Origin: Prorocentrum cordatum
Lineage: Eukaryota
NCBI GenBank assembly: GCA_963575745.1
Contig: CAUYUJ010000033.1
Coordinates: forward strand, 62,001-119,381
Direction of reading: 5' to 3'
Length of the DNA: 57,381 bases
Below are positions 1 to 14,473 of this stretch, one piece after another. The position numbers were made by a program, and so were the translations under genes. The stretch's first letter is position 1. Each line of letters opens with the position of its first letter. The notes beneath the pieces were generated by a model. That model was not told the DNA's origin. It ran no database searches and saw nothing but the letters and a program-made list of their open reading frames with translations.

Positions 1-214
1 AGCGTTGCCCTCGCGCGGCCACGCGGGCGAAGGTCGGTGGCGAGCTGGGGGGGAAGGTGAGTGGGGGCGGATCTGCTGAGAGGGCGGCGGGGCTTCTCTG
101 AAGCCCTTGCGCCCTCCCGGGAAGTCGTCTGCGCCGTCTCCGAAGCCGCAGACGGCTCGTCTGGCCCCTCTGGCCAGCCCCGCTCCCTCGTCTGGTCGTC
201 TGGTCGGTCGTCTG

Positions 215-245
<31 letters not shown>

Positions 246-769
246 GCCTTTCCTGCTCCGGCTCCTGCTGGTCACCGCCGCCGGGGCCATAGGTGGAGCC
301 TCATTCGGCGGCGGGAGACGTGTGAGGGGTGCGCAAAAGTGGTCGGGGGGGACGCTATGTGGTCACCTCCGCTGGGGTCATAAGTGGAGCCTCCGATAAG
401 GGCAGGAGGAAGGAGGAGGATGGGGCAGGGGGAGGGGGAGGAGAAAGGAGACGCGCGGCGCTGCAGATTCAACACGAGGATCCAACACACAGGAAGGCGG
501 GCGAAAAAATGCAAAGCATGTTCGAAGACCTTGTTCCCAGACTTCCTCGCGCCGCCCAGGAAAACAAGGTGGACGGTTTTTGGCCCCCCGGCGTGGCGAT
601 GCGGCTGGCCCCGCAAAGGTGCAAGAGCGAGGAGCGAGGCTGGGCACGAGGAGGCGCGGGGTCTGCGTAGAGCCGCGCCGAGCCGTGGCGACGAGGGACC
701 CCTCCCAAAAGGCCTGAGAGTGACCAGGGAGGCGGCGCAAACATCTTTGGCACGAGAACATGGCCGCAG

Positions 770-815
770 GTTGGAAGACGGGCCCCTACTGCGGCAAGAG
801 CGACCTGCTCCCAGC
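770..815 (+). CDS. Candidate short exon of an unidentified spliced host gene (GWKTGPYCGKSDLLP)
   Basis: ccgcAG|G acceptor at 768-770 and canonical GTAAGT donor at 816-821, in non-repetitive sequence; no product recognised. Confidence 0.4.
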
Positions 816-1589
816 GTAAGTTGCATGCATCGCGTGCGCAGTTTGTTCGTTCGCCGCTACAATCGCAATGAGATGCGTAACGCGAGGGAAACCGACCTAA
901 TGGACGACACGGACAAAACGTGAAGACCAATGCCAATGACCAGGGCGGGCTGCCTACAATGCACCCGCGCGTGCTGCTTAATCCCACCAGCCCCTTCGGG
1001 CGTAAGTGGTCTGGTGTGTTGTCTTCCATCTGCCCCTCATCTCCTTATTAATATACACCCCCTCCCCACCCGGCAGGCGGCCAACCCAGAACCATGCCAA
1101 CCCCATGCGGGCCACCCCCCACCATCCCTGTCAACAACAACCATGCAAAACGCACTCTGCGTCCACATTTGGAATTTGCGCGGCCAACCCGATGCGCCCC
1201 CCCAACATCCCTGTCAGAAAACTATACAATGTACACTTTGGGGCAAAATCTCGAGTCCTGTTCGTAAGGCCCGCGAGCATTTTGTTTTGATTTTGACAAA
1301 GACGGCGGGGGGGCAGCATACCCCCTGCTGCGAGCAGGGCTACCATCCCTGACAACAAACAATACAACATGCACTTCGAGGCTAAATCTGGATCATGCGC
1401 GGCCACCCCCCCGATCACTGCCAAGTGGTTTTTGACAGGAACGACAGGGGTGGTGGCGCGTGGCCTGCTGTGCGCAAGCCCACCAAACACAATGATGGGC
1501 ACTGGCTTTAAACAAGGATGGTGGGGGCCGACATGTTTCCCGATGTGTGCTGTCGCGTGCGCAGGCGCGCCTGACGCATTCTCCACGTG

Positions 1590-1770
1590 CCCCGAACGTG
1601 GCGCACCTGGCGCGGCTGGAGTGCGCGGCGCACCTAGCGCACTCGGAGCACGTGGCGCATCTGGCGCACCAGGCGTGCCTGGCACGCTCGGGCCCCAGGG
1701 GTGCCTGGCGCGCGTGGCGCCCCTGGCACGAGTGGCGCACCTCGCCCAAGCGTCGCGCACCTGGGGCCTG
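1590..1770. repeat. Degenerate short tandem repeat (ggcgcacct / ggcacg units)
   Basis: Recurrent gtggcgcacct-like units seen directly. Confidence 0.6.
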
Positions 1771-3099
1771 CTTTGGTTCCCAGTAGCTGTCCATCCAAAG
1801 ACCACCGCTGAACATGCTCAGGCTCGGGTGCTACGTATGTGTTTGGAGGGCGGGTGGGGGTGAGCTAGACGGTTTGCGGGCGGGTTGGTAGCTTGATCCC
1901 GCCATCCTAATTGACAACAAACAATGCGAACTCAACTTTTCCCTCGCCAGCATGTCGTCGAATTACGAAAAATGCAGCAGGAATATGACGGAATGGGCAT
2001 CGTTTGGGAGGCCCTAAGCGGGTGGTCGCGTCCGACCTATCAGAAAGCAATACAAAGTCAACGTTTTTCTCATCAGCATGGACTTTCTTGTCGTCGGCGC
2101 TGCAAAACAGTGTAGTAGGAATGGGGCGCGGCGCACATCGCGCGCGGACGCCTGGCCAACCCTACGCTGGACCCCCCGTCTTACCTGACAAAAAAACACT
2201 GCAACATCGACGTTTTTCTTGCCAACGTGTCTTTTCTCCTCGTCGGCGCTGCGAATCGCGTAGCGGGAATGGGACGCGGCGCACATCGCGCAGGGACGCC
2301 TGCTTGTCAACGTGGACTTTCTTGTCGTCGACGCTGCGGCCCGTCGGGTTGAGGAGCTGGGCGGGCGGCAAATCATAATGCCTCAAGCAAGCGCGGTTCA
2401 AGCAAGTGCCACAGGAGACCCCTAAGAGGTCGAAAAAAGGCGTCCAGGAGGTCCTGGGGGGGGCAACACAAATCTTGACTTTCATCTGGTGTTTGAAGGA
2501 TTGTGGGATTGGCACCTACTTGTGTTGACAATGTTCCAACCCGGAAGATATATCCAAGAGGCCCTCAGGCGTATGCCAGAAAGCTCCCAGGACGCCCCGC
2601 GAACTCCCAAGAAGCACTCCCCGCTTCCTCCTCAGTTTCTCCCTCCCTCCCTCTCTCCCTCGCCTCCTCCTCCTCCTCCTCCTCCTCCTCATCCTCCTCC
2701 TCCCCCTCCTCCATGCGCGGCAGGAGCGAAACGATTGGCGGTACAACGCGCGTGGCTGGAATGAGACGCGGCGCACTTCGCGCGCTGGACATGTTGTCGC
2801 CGACGATGCATCATGAGAGGCCAGAGCGGGGCGCGGCGTACATCGCGCGCGGTCTTGTTCCTCGTCGACGTTGCTCAACACGGCAGGAATAGGACGCAGT
2901 TCATGTCGCGCGCTGAGCGCATAGCCGCCCACGATATAAGATGAGCGACAGGCGTCGGACGCGACGCACTTCCTTCTTATGTTGTGGGAGGGCGGGTGGG
3001 AGTGGACGGAGCCCTCTGGCTCTTTCGAGCTGGCTAACTTGACCCGTCCCCCTACCCCCTCCTCTGGACCTGGACGGGGGGTCCCCCGAGGGGTTGGAG

Positions 3100-3670
3100 C
3101 GTCCAAGATGGCCCAAGATGGCTCCAAGAGCGCCTCGGAAGAGTACAGGATGAGCTCCAAGATGGCTCAAGATACCCGAAAATGCCTCAAGATGGCTCCC
3201 AAGATGCCCCAAGAGGCCCCAATACCGCTCCAAGATGGCTTTAAGTGGCCAAAGAGTTCCCCAAGGAGGCCCCGGAGATGCCATAGTCCTTCCAAGACCT
3301 AAGGAAAGTCGATGTGTCGTACTGTCTCGTCTTTTCGCTTCCGATGGCCATCCGAAGCCCAAGAGGGCCCCAAGAGAGGCTCAAGAGAGCCCCAAGAGTG
3401 CCCAAGAGTGCTCCAAGAGCGCCCCCAGAGCGCCCCAAGAGGCGACTTTTGGGGCTCCCGAGGGGCGACTCCAATTGGAACTCCCATCTTGTTTGATCGA
3501 TGTCCTCCAAGATGGTCCCAAGAGCGCCCCTGAAGCTCCCAAGAGCGCCCCAAGAGGGCCCCAAGAGGCGCCTAGACGGCTCCAAGAGGCTTCCAAAAGA
3601 CCCCTAGGAGGCCTCAAGATGATGCTCGAGGCACCCAAGACGCTCAAAGAAAGCCCTGAGCTCGCTAAGA
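3100..3670 (+). repeat. CCAAGA-rich ~10-11 bp periodic interspersed repeat
   Basis: Repeated ggccccaagag/ctccaagatg units; the same motif family occurs at 16790-18060 and 32980-33400. Confidence 0.8.
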
Positions 3671-5319
3671 TGCCCCTTCTCCTCCTCCTCCTCCTCCTCC
3701 TCCTCCTCCTCCTCCTCCTCCTCCTCCTCCTCCTCCTACTTGTCCTCTGTCTATTCCTCCTTCCTCCTCTTCGCCATCCTCCTCCTTCTCCTCCTCCTCC
3801 TTCTCCTCCACCATCCTCCCCCTCTTGGGGTATCGGACGGCTTCCCCCGCATTTTGTTATCCTGCACGCTCCCCCACTTCCCTGATGACCTCAACCCCCT
3901 CTTGGTATCATTTCTGGATGGGTTGGTTGGGGATACTTTTTGTCGCAACCGCAGGCGAAGGCGCCAGCGGCGAGTCGAGTCGGCTCGGGCTACGAGCGGA
4001 ACTAATTGCCAGCGCGCGCGCGGAGCAAAGCAGGACCTACCGCCGGGGGAAGCGGCTGCGCCGAAACTGTGCAGCAGCGCCGGGGGTGGGGACTGCAAGC
4101 TGCTGAGGCTGCCAGGAAGCTGCAAACGTGCAGTACCATGGGAGCTGAATCACCAGGTATGCGAATTAACAAACCAGGGTTGGGGCGCAGCCAAAATGGC
4201 GCGGAGGTCGTACCAGGATGTGGCCAGGGAGGCAACCAGGCGGTACACTGCGTCAGCTGCCATGGGTGGATCAACTGGCCCTAAGCTGGTGCGTAGGGTG
4301 GCGCCACCAAAATCGCACACCGAACCTCCTGAAGGGAATACTGATCCTGCAAACGACCGTCCACGGGGTGGTCCCGGTAGGACGACCGAAGTAGCCAGGA
4401 CAACGATGGATGTAATCGACACCGTAACACGCCTGAACCACGGATCAGGTAAAGCCACTCGCACACTCGGCTGGATGGGGATACTTTTTTGGTCAGCGGC
4501 TGCAGGCGAGCGCGCCAGCGGCGAGTCCAGTCAGAGCGGGGCGCCCAAAAACGAAGCTGGTTGGGGATACGCGAAGCGTCAACAATTCCAACTGAGCCAA
4601 TCACCCGACATCAGTACGACAATTCATGGTGGAGAGACAATTATGAAACAGATAAATTATTGTTGCATGCGGAAGGGAAACCGCGTGGTGTCAGCACACG
4701 GACTGCGCGCGCGAGCGATGAACATGTCCGCCAGGTTCCCAAGTACAAGCAACCGATTAGCCATACATCCTACTACCTTCCGCGTTTATCCGAAGCCAAG
4801 GTTTCCGCATTGCCCCTCGATGTTTTTCCCTTCTAGCAGGCAGAGTCACGCGATGCGAGGAGACTCCAAGAAAGGCAAGGGTGAATGACGCATGGACTGC
4901 ATGGGTCGCAGAGATTACATTTTGCCAGGCGCTATCCGCGAAAGAGCGATAACTTCAACAAGTCAGTCAGGGCGCGTGGCGATTCGGCAAAATCGTCGAA
5001 CCGGTAATCTCAGACAGAAAGGTGTGCGCTCAAGCAGCGGAGGATTGACAGCGGATATGGAGACGAGACAAGGTGGTGGCTGGCTACGATTGGATATGGA
5101 GATGCAGAAAGGGAGCGAGAGGGTGCGCGGATGAGAGAGGAGGAGGTCAACGAGGAGCACGACGAGGAGGAGGAGGAAGAGGAAAGGAGGAACACGTTGA
5201 GGAGGACGAACCAGAACGAGGAGGAACGGAGGAGGAAGGCGGATGAGGATGATGCTGCTGAAGGGGATGGAATTGAAAGAGATACGAGGATGGGGAGGGC
5301 GGCTTGTGATGGAATTCAG

Positions 5320-5547
5320 ATGGTTATGATGATGATGACAATGATGGCAGTGATGACGATGACGATGACGATGACAAGGACGACGACGATGATGCTGCTG
5401 CTTATAATGCTGGTGATGGTGATGGTGATGGCGATAATGATGCTGATGCTGATGCCGATGATGGCAATGTGAATGATGATGGCGCTGAAAGATGATGGTG
5501 ACGATGAAGATTGGTATAAATATTCGTATTCATATGATGCTGATAAT

Positions 5548-5578
<31 letters not shown>

Positions 5579-6205
5579 ATGATGCTGCTGATAATGATGG
5601 TGCTGATACTGATGATGTTGCTGCTGGTGATGCTGATGATGCCGATACTGATGCTGATGATGACGACGACGAGGGGGAGCATCACGATGACGATGACGAG
5701 CGCAGGGCCATGGCATTTCTCGAATGTTAACCGGCTCACATGGATGATGGCGAGAAGGGAATGAGGGGAGGAGGGGGGCGAGGGGCAGTGGAAGAAGAGG
5801 ACGACAAGGGGAAAGCGGAGAAGGATGAGAAAGAGGAAGGCGCGGAGAAGGATGACGAGGAGGAGCAAAACAAGTCGGAGGAAGAGAGGACAAGGGCGGA
5901 GAGGAGGAGGATGTGAAGCAGCCGATGGAGCAGGACACACATGATGATGACGATGGAGACGCGGTGGAGTCGGAGGATAGGCAGAAGGGTGTGTGGACTG
6001 GAGGAGGGACAGGATGCTAATGATGATGCGAATGATGACGACAATTATGACAACGACGACGACGCCGATGGTGATGATGGTGATGATGATGCTGCTGCTG
6101 CTGCTGATGATGATGCTGATGATGGTATGATGAGAATGCTGCTGCTGCTGATGATGGCGGTGATGGTGGTGGATGATGGTGATGATGGTGATGATGGTGA
6201 GGATG
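5320..6205 (+). repeat. Degenerate (GAT)n with GGA-rich low complexity
   Basis: Direct inspection. Confidence 0.9.
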
Positions 6206-8579
6206 AGCGCGCGGAGTTTGATCAGCTGTGCGTGTGGTGCCTCGCGCGTGCAACTTCTGCTGTGGCTACCGGATCATGCAGAGCAGTTGGGTGCACTCCC
6301 TCCCGGCCTGCGATCGCTGCCACCGTGCAGAGTGAGGCGGGAGTCGACATGTGTAGCATCAACGGGCAGCTTCCGCCGATACGACTGCAGAGCTGGCGAA
6401 GACCCACAGCAGGAGCGTCATCAATTTGGGGAGGAGACGGATGGGCGAGGGGAGAACGAGGGCAGAGGAGGGGGAAGGAGATAGCGCAGCGCACCCGAGG
6501 TACCCGCCGCACTGGGGGTCTCGCCCCCGCTTTTGCTGCCCGCCGTGCCTACCAGGGATCGTCGACGGTGTCCAGGCCCCTGTGCCCCCACTCGGCCACG
6601 GTCAGGAACTTTGGCTTGGCGTGTCGCGGCGGCGGTCCCAGCAGCACGCCATGCCTCGCAACCCGATCATGTGTTGCTCCGCTCCGCTGGGAGGGAGGCC
6701 GGAAAGGCTCGGTGCGTTGACGCCTGTGGACTGGGACGTGATTAGCGTGTCACACCGAAACATGATAAACCAAAACTGGTGGCGCGACACGCCCAGCAAA
6801 CGTTCCCGACCGCACGGACTGTCAGCTCTGCCATCCGTGCACGCCTGGCCCGCAGCGCCTGCGCATTTGAGGGCGGGCGAACCCTCGACTTGCTCTTCGG
6901 CTTCGTCTCATGTTGGATCAGAGTGCTGGTCTTGTGACACTCAGAAAGGTGGAGAGCCACAACTGGGAGTGCTTGGACGAGCGCCCAGATCATCTGGAAG
7001 AGAGTGGCACCGGTGGCACTGTACCTAAAAGAGTAATCAACGGCATAAGCGAAAACTTTCGACGGCCTGCGCGGATTCCTTGGATCTGCGCTGGACCCCC
7101 CTCCTTGTCGCGCCATCTGGGATGCCTGGGACCTCCCGGCCGCTCCACAAGCCGACCCCGCCGCCGTGAAGGAGCCGCCTGGACCGCCCGCCTCGTGCAT
7201 CGCATGGCCGAGCACGCGGGGCGAGGCCGCGGGCATGGTGTGCTGGTCTCTGGGTGGGGACGCGCGGGCTCGGCGATGGACGCGGCGCCCTGCACACGCA
7301 GACATCCGACGTCGTTCTTCTTTAGTACGAACCTCGAACCTCAGAGGTCTCGACCCATGCCCCGGGACTGGTTTTTCATTCCGAGTGGTCTTCTGACGGC
7401 CCGGGGGCCCCGCTGAGGGCCCCCAGAGGCGGCAAAACTCGAAAAGCCTCTCGTCGTGTGTTTTTTTCCATGACTCGCTTGCACTGGGCCCCGCCGTCGC
7501 CGGCCCCTTGGTCCAGCAGCCGCCGCGGGCCCGCCGGTGGGGCTGGCCGCGCCACGCTCTCGGGGCGTGACCCGTCCCTCTGAGCAGATCGCTCCCTCCG
7601 CCCCCTCTTTCGGCCGCGCCCTCCTCCTGCTCCCCCTCGTGTACTGGGTGGCACACTTCGCCACAGCGGCACCCCCGCTTAGGCCTTCCCGCTGGGGCAG
7701 ACTTCCCCTGCCTCGCCGCCGACGCAAACAAATGTTTCCCGTAACTCTCGGGGATCTTCTGACCCGGGTCTATCCAGACCCGGGTCAGTCAGGCCTTGCA
7801 GAAGCCTGCAAACTCCTGCAAGACCCTGCACCCAAACCCGGGTCAATGCGAGGGATCCTGCAGAATCCTGCACCCAAGCCCCTGTCAGTGCGACCCTGTC
7901 CCTGCAGGATCCTGCAAGATCCGGCGCTCTGGCTGACCCCCGTTTGCACTGACCCACGTCTCTTGAGCCTCCGCGCCCGCCGCTTCCCGGCGAAGGGGGG
8001 CGTCCACCTCGCCGGTCCAGGCGGCTCCACCTCGCCAGTCCACGCGGGCCCGAGGAGCCGTTGGCGCGGTCCACCCGCCGCCTCCGGGCGGGAACGTGGA
8101 GCATGACGATGCTGCTGATAATGCTCATGATGATGCTAATGCTGATGCCGAGGAAGGGGGGAGAAGAACAGGAGAGGAGCATGAGGATTATCTGGAGGAC
8201 GATCCGGAGAATTACGGGGTGGAGGAGCACGATACGGACCACGAGGAGGGGCGGGAGGGGAGGGGCAGGATCACGAGGAGGCGGAGGACGAGGAGAAGAG
8301 AAGGAGGAGGAGGAGGAGGAGGAGGAGGAGGAGGAGCAGGAGAAGTGGGGGCACGAGGAAATGTTGGCCGAGAGCTCGAGGAGGAGGACGAGAAGGCGAA
8401 GGATCGGAAGGGGTCGGCATGAGGAGGCACTCGCGCTGGTCAGCTACAATCGGCTCTTGGACGTGTGGCCCGTGTTCCAACAAAAGGGCGGGAACGCTGG
8501 AGAACAGAGGCGGCTTTGGCCGAAACGCGTCCGCACGAGTCGAGCCGCACGTGGGAGTGCGGATGACGGAGCAGGTCGC

Positions 8580-9390
8580 CCCTCCTCCCTGCTTCCTCCT
8601 CTGAGCCCTTCTCCCTGCTCATCGACGCCCCTCCTGAGCCTCCTCCTCCTCCGCCGCCTCCTCCTTCTCGTTCTCCTCCTCCTCCTCCTCCTCCTCGTTC
8701 TCCTCCCTCCTCCCCCCTTCTCCTCCTGCCCTCCTCCTCCTCCTCCTCCTCCTCCTCCTCCTCCTCCTCCTCTTCCTCCTGCTCCTCCTCCCCCACTTCT
8801 CCCCCCCCGTCCTTGAACTTCCAACACCCACTCATCCTCTTCCCTTCCTTCCCCCCTCCTCCTCCACCACATCCTTCATCCTCTCAACCCTACATGCTTT
8901 TCCTCCTCCTTCTCCTCCTCCTCCTCCTCTTCCTCCTCCTCCTCCTCTTCGCCCCTCCTCCTCCTCATCCTCCTCCTCCTCCTTCTCCTCCTCCTCCTTT
9001 TCCTCCTCCTCCTCCTCCTCCACCTCGGTCCTCCCTGGTCCTTCGCTTCGTCCCTCCCGTCCTCCTCCTTCTGCTCCGGCTCCTCCTCCTCCGGCGATGC
9101 CCGCCGTTGCGTGCGTCTGGTTTCACTGGCGTCTGTCAGAGACCATAGGGAGCTCCCGACGGCACTGCGACCATGACGTCGTCACTCTCACTGCTGCGTC
9201 GCCATCCTCCTCCTGACCATCCTCCTCTTCGCTTCCCTCTCCACAACTCCTCCTGCCTCCTCCTGCCTCCGGTTCCTCTCTCCCTTGCCCCTTCCCCGTC
9301 TCCTCCCTCCTCCCTCTCCCTCTCCTGCTCCTTCCCTGATACCTCGCCGCGCACAACTCTCGCTCTCCGCATCCGCCTCCGCCTCCCCCT
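8580..9390 (+). repeat. (CCT)n polypyrimidine low-complexity tract
   Basis: Direct inspection. Confidence 0.9.
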
Positions 9391-9502
9391 CCACTCCTCC
9401 CGCTGCCATGCTTGCTCGCGCCCGCGTTCCTGCTCCGCCGAGAGAGCGCCCGATTGCTCAGAGGTGCAAGCTCAGGGCGACCTCAAGGAGACACGCTCCC
9501 AG

Positions 9503-9560
9503 GTTTCAAGAAAGCGATGCGTGCGGCCAATCTTCGCGGCCTACTCTCCGATGCAGCCGG
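9503..9560 (+). CDS. Candidate short exon (FKKAMRAANLRGLLSDAA)
   Basis: cccAG|G acceptor, GCAAG donor at 9561; protein-like peptide; phase-compatible with candidate exon 11003-11041. Confidence 0.35.
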
Positions 9561-9729
9561 GCAAGAGGAGGAGGAAGAGGAGGAGGAGGAGGAGAAGAAG
9601 AAGGAGAAGGAGGAGAAGGATGAGGAGGACGGGGGAGCAGGAGGTAGGCCAGGATAAGGACGAGGAGGAGGAGGAGGAGGAGGAAGAGGAGGAGCTACCC
9701 CAAAGCCGCCCCGCCCAACCGTGACGGAG

Positions 9730-9801
9730 AAGGATGACAACGACGACGACGCCGATGATGATGATGATGATGATGATGCTGATGATGATGATGATGATGA
9801 C

Positions 9802-9856
<55 letters not shown>

Positions 9857-9960
9857 TTGATGTTGATGAGGATGAGGGTGATGATGCCGATGATGATGTT
9901 GATGCTGATGCTGATGCTGATGCTGATGATGATGCTGATGCTGATGATGATGATGATCTT
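9730..9960 (+). repeat. (GAT)n microsatellite
   Basis: Direct inspection. Confidence 0.95.
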
Positions 9961-10224
9961 CTTCTTCTCAACCCGATGAGACTCCCCGTTAGCCACATCT
10001 GACAACAAGCAGCACTGCCAGGCCAACTGGAGTCACGGTCGCGAGGCCTGGAAATGCAAAGGCCCCCCGTTTTTTCAGCGGGGGGACCCTCCGCGCACTC
10101 CTAAGTGACAATGTGAGAAGAGGGACCTCTGGTCACGAAGCACTGGCCCCCAAACTGGCGCGGGAGCGGCAATAGAGGCAAGACAGCCTCCGCCGCCCAC
10201 AGTCCAGCAGGGCACACCCAGACT

Positions 10225-10280
<56 letters not shown>

Positions 10281-11002
10281 GGTGATGGTGGTGGTGAGAA
10301 TGATGCTGATGACGGGACAGAGCAGACGAACTTCCTGGCCGCATTAAGTGATGCGGCAATCCATCCTCGTACGTGCGTGTAGGCACTCACTTACAGGATG
10401 GGGGCCGCGCCCTGGAACGATGAGCGCCCCGTGCGCCTGCCATGCAGGCGGGACCTCCGATCTGAAAAAGAAACGTCCCTACCGTGATGTGAGTCTATTC
10501 GCGCATCTGCCTGGGTTGCATTCCATACAGCTCGAAGAAACTTTCAGCAATCGCACACGGTGGTACCAGAGCACCTCATCAGGGCATTTTCGATTGATCT
10601 CAAGTGCATCAGGCCATGAACCCATGCTGACAATGAACCGCTTCCATCCGTGCACAGGTCGCGCTCTTGAAAAACGCATGCTCACTGCGCTTCAGCCAGA
10701 AACACAATTTGAAAACTATCTGTGCTCTATCAGTGCAGCTGCTGCAAGCTCGAAGACTAGCAAACACGGCGCGAAGACAAGAACCACCATTTGAACACGG
10801 CTTGTGCTCCGTCCGTGTATCTGCTAGGAGCTTATACGAAGAAAGTGCGCGGCACTGAAGCAAGAATGCCCATTGAGAACGACTTGACCTCCGTCCGTGT
10901 TACTGTCGCATGCTGGTACGGCGAATGCGCGCCGCGCCTCGGAGGAAGACACATAATACACTGTCCGCCCTCCATATGGATAACTGTGGAATATCACACC
11001 AG

Positions 11003-11041
11003 GGAGGACCCCAGTCAGATGTTCGTGCAGGAACTGCGAGG
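11003..11041 (+). CDS. Candidate short exon (EDPSQMFVQELR)
   Basis: accAG|G acceptor, GC donor at 11042; joins in frame to 9503-9560 through a gg|g Gly codon. Confidence 0.3.
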
Positions 11042-11904
11042 GCAGCGCGCTTAACAGGGTGAGGGACAGGATGACGAATGTTGTGTGCGATGCTCTCTGC
11101 TCTGGTTATCTATGCTCTCTTCTGTCTACTCTCCGATTTCCTCTCTCTGTTCTGTGCCGGGCACCTGCCTCCTCTACATCGGCTCTCTCCGGTCCACCGG
11201 CTGCTCTCTACTCTCTACTCTACACCGCCACTACACATTCTCGCTTCTCCTCTCGAGACTCTCAACTCTGTGCTCTCTGCATGCTCCACACCGCGCTTTT
11301 TGCACTCCGCGAACTGTCCCAGGCTCTGCATTCTCTACTCCCTGTCCCCTCCCTCTCTCTCTCTATAAACATTGCTGTTGTTGTTTGTGTTCCTCTCTCT
11401 CTGTGTAATGTTACTACTCTTTAGTATCGACTCTATGCTGCCTCTGCTCTACTCAACATGTACAAGCTCCTCCACCATGGCCCCCGCAACTGCGGATATA
11501 ATCAAAGGACAGTGGGGTCGTCGGCAGTCTGCGAGGCTCTGACAATTACCCTGGCGACGTACCCAACCCTTGCGCAATGCGGGGCAGAAGTACATCAGGA
11601 TTGCTACAACGGGGGCGATGACGTAACATGGACGCATGCGATTTTGCGAGCAGCAATCGGAAGGCTCGCAGGCCCCCGATCAAGATATAAGGGCTACGTA
11701 ATAACAAATCACCCCCGTTGGCTGTGCCATGCGCCCGTTGCACCCAACGTATCCCACAGCAACTCTTTAGAGCCCCCACGGGAAACGTGTAGGCGCAACG
11801 TTATGGCCATCGCCCGGCAAATTGTCTGTTCTACAACTCACCCCCGTTGGCTGTGTCATGCGCCCGTTGCGCCCAACGTATCCCGCAGCAGCTCTCCAGA
11901 GCCC

Positions 11905-13330
11905 CCCAGGGACGGCGAGGTCTCGCTCAGGTCCCCGCGGTGCCTCACTCCGCTGGACCCACCAGCAGCCCTCGAAAGTGGCGACAGCGTCGCAGATCGC
12001 AGCCCCCACAGGGACGGCGAAGTCTCGCTCAGGTCTCCGCGATGCCTCACTCCGCTGGACCCACCAGCAGCTCTCGAAAATGGCAACAGTGTCGCAGATC
12101 ACAGCCCCAACAGGGACGGCGAGGTCTCGCTCAGGTCCCCGCGGTGCCTCCGCTGGACCCACCAGCAGCCCTCGAAAGTGGCGACCGTGTCGCAGATTGC
12201 AGACCCCCCCCCCCAGGGACGGCGAGGTCTCGCTCAGGTCCCCGCGGTGCCTCACCCCGCTGGACCCACCAGCAGCTCTCGAAAGTGGAGACATTGTCGC
12301 AGATCGCAGCCCCCCAAGGACGGCGAGGTCTCGCTCAGGTCCCCGCGGTGCCTCACCCCGCTGGACACACCAGCAGCCCTCGAAAATGGCGACAATGTGG
12401 CAGATCGCAGCCCCCCAAGGACGGCGAGGTCTCGCTCAAGTCCCCGCTGTGCCTCACTCCGCAGGACACACCAGCAGCCCTCGAAAGTGGCGACCGTGTC
12501 GCAGATCGCACCCCCCCCCAGGGATGGCGAGGTCTCGCTCAGGTCCTCGCGGTGCCGCACTCCGCTGGACCCACCGGCGACAGTGTCGCAGATCGCAGCC
12601 CCCCAGGGACGGCGATGACTCGCTCAGATCCCCGCGGAGCCTCACTCCGCAGAACCCACCAGCAGCTCTCGAAAGTGGCGACCGTGTCGCAGATCGCAGC
12701 CCCCCAGGGACGGCGAGGTCTCGCTCAGGTCCCCGCGGTGCCTCACTCCGCTTGACCCACAAGCAGCCCTCGAACGTGGAAACAACGTCGCAGATCGCAG
12801 CCCCCAACGGACAGCGAGGTCTCGCCCAGGTCCCCGCGGTGCCTGACTCCGCTGGACCCACCAGCAGCCCTCGAACGTGGCGACAGCGTCGAAGATCGCA
12901 GCCCCCCAGGGACGGCGACGTTTCGCTCAGGTCCACGCGGTGCCTCACTCCGCTGGACCCACCAGCAGCTCTCGAAAGTGGAGACAACGTCGCAGATCGC
13001 AGCCCCCCCAGGGACGGCGAGGACTCGCTCAGGTCCCCGCGGTGCCTCACTCCGCAGGACCCACCAGCAGCCCTCGAAAGTGGCGACAGTGTGGCAGATC
13101 GCAGCCCCCAACGGACGGCGAGGTCTCGCCCAGGTCCCCGCGGTGCCTCACTCCGCTGGACCCACCAGCAGCCCTCGAAAGTGGCGACCGTGTCGCAGAT
13201 TGCAGACCCCACAGGGACGGCGACGTTTCGCTCAGGTCCACGCGGTGCCTCACTCCGCAGGACCCACCAGCAGCCCTCGAAAGTGGCGACAGTGTCGCAG
13301 ATCGCAGCCCCCCCAAGGATGGCGAGGTCC
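11905..13330 (+). repeat. Tandem satellite, ~101-102 bp unit, ~14 copies
   Basis: gacggcga anchor at 11911, 12013, 12115, 12218, 12319, 12420 ... 13216, 13318; internal mini-palindrome gcgac-agt-gtcgc. Confidence 0.95.
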
Positions 13331-13596
13331 GCACAGGAGACGGGAGGCGGGAGAAGGAGAGGGACGCGACCAAACTGCTGCATTCAAAACGATTATCCCG
13401 GCAAAGCAACCTAACAGCGATGTGTAGAAGCATAGCTGGAAACATTGCCTGTGGTATTCATGTAAGAGTGCTGTTGTAGAATCCTGGTGTTCTCGCAGTC
13501 GCATTCGGATTCGCAGTGGCAGTCGCAGTGGCAACATCAGCGGCAGTCGCAGTGGCACTGCCAGTAGTTGCAGTAGCAATAGCTACACTAGCAGCA

Positions 13597-13636
<40 letters not shown>

Positions 13637-13954
13637 TAGTAACAGTAGTAGTAGCAGTAGAAGTAGTAGTGATGGTAGTAGTGGTAACAATGAAGTAGTA
13701 GTTGTAGTGTGTGGAGTGAACGAGTAGGAGTGATGGGAGCAGTGGTAGTAGCAATAGAAACACTGCTTTCGATAACGGTATATCCACATGAGATCTCTGT
13801 ATACATGCATTGAGGTCTAAACAAGACATTGCTATCAACGGATGTGATTCCAAACGAAACACTGCTATCAACGGGTTGAGCCTCAAACGACACACTTGCA
13901 TCAATGAGTGTAGCTCCAAAACAGGCACTCCCATGAATGGTTTTAGTGTGATGT

Positions 13955-14382
<428 letters not shown>

Positions 14383-14435
14383 TGGGCACGAACCCGTAAG
14401 ACCTGAGTCTCCACCGGGGTGCTCGGCGAAGCCAT

Positions 14436-14473
<38 letters not shown>

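Noticed and set aside
4189..4200. agccaaaatggc, reverse-complement match to part of the dinoflagellate spliced leader
   Set aside because: Only 12 of 22 nt, lacks the terminal CAAG, and no recognisable retrogene follows.
3740..4888. 382-aa ORF as a real gene
   Set aside because: Begins in a CCT tract and has no recognisable motifs.
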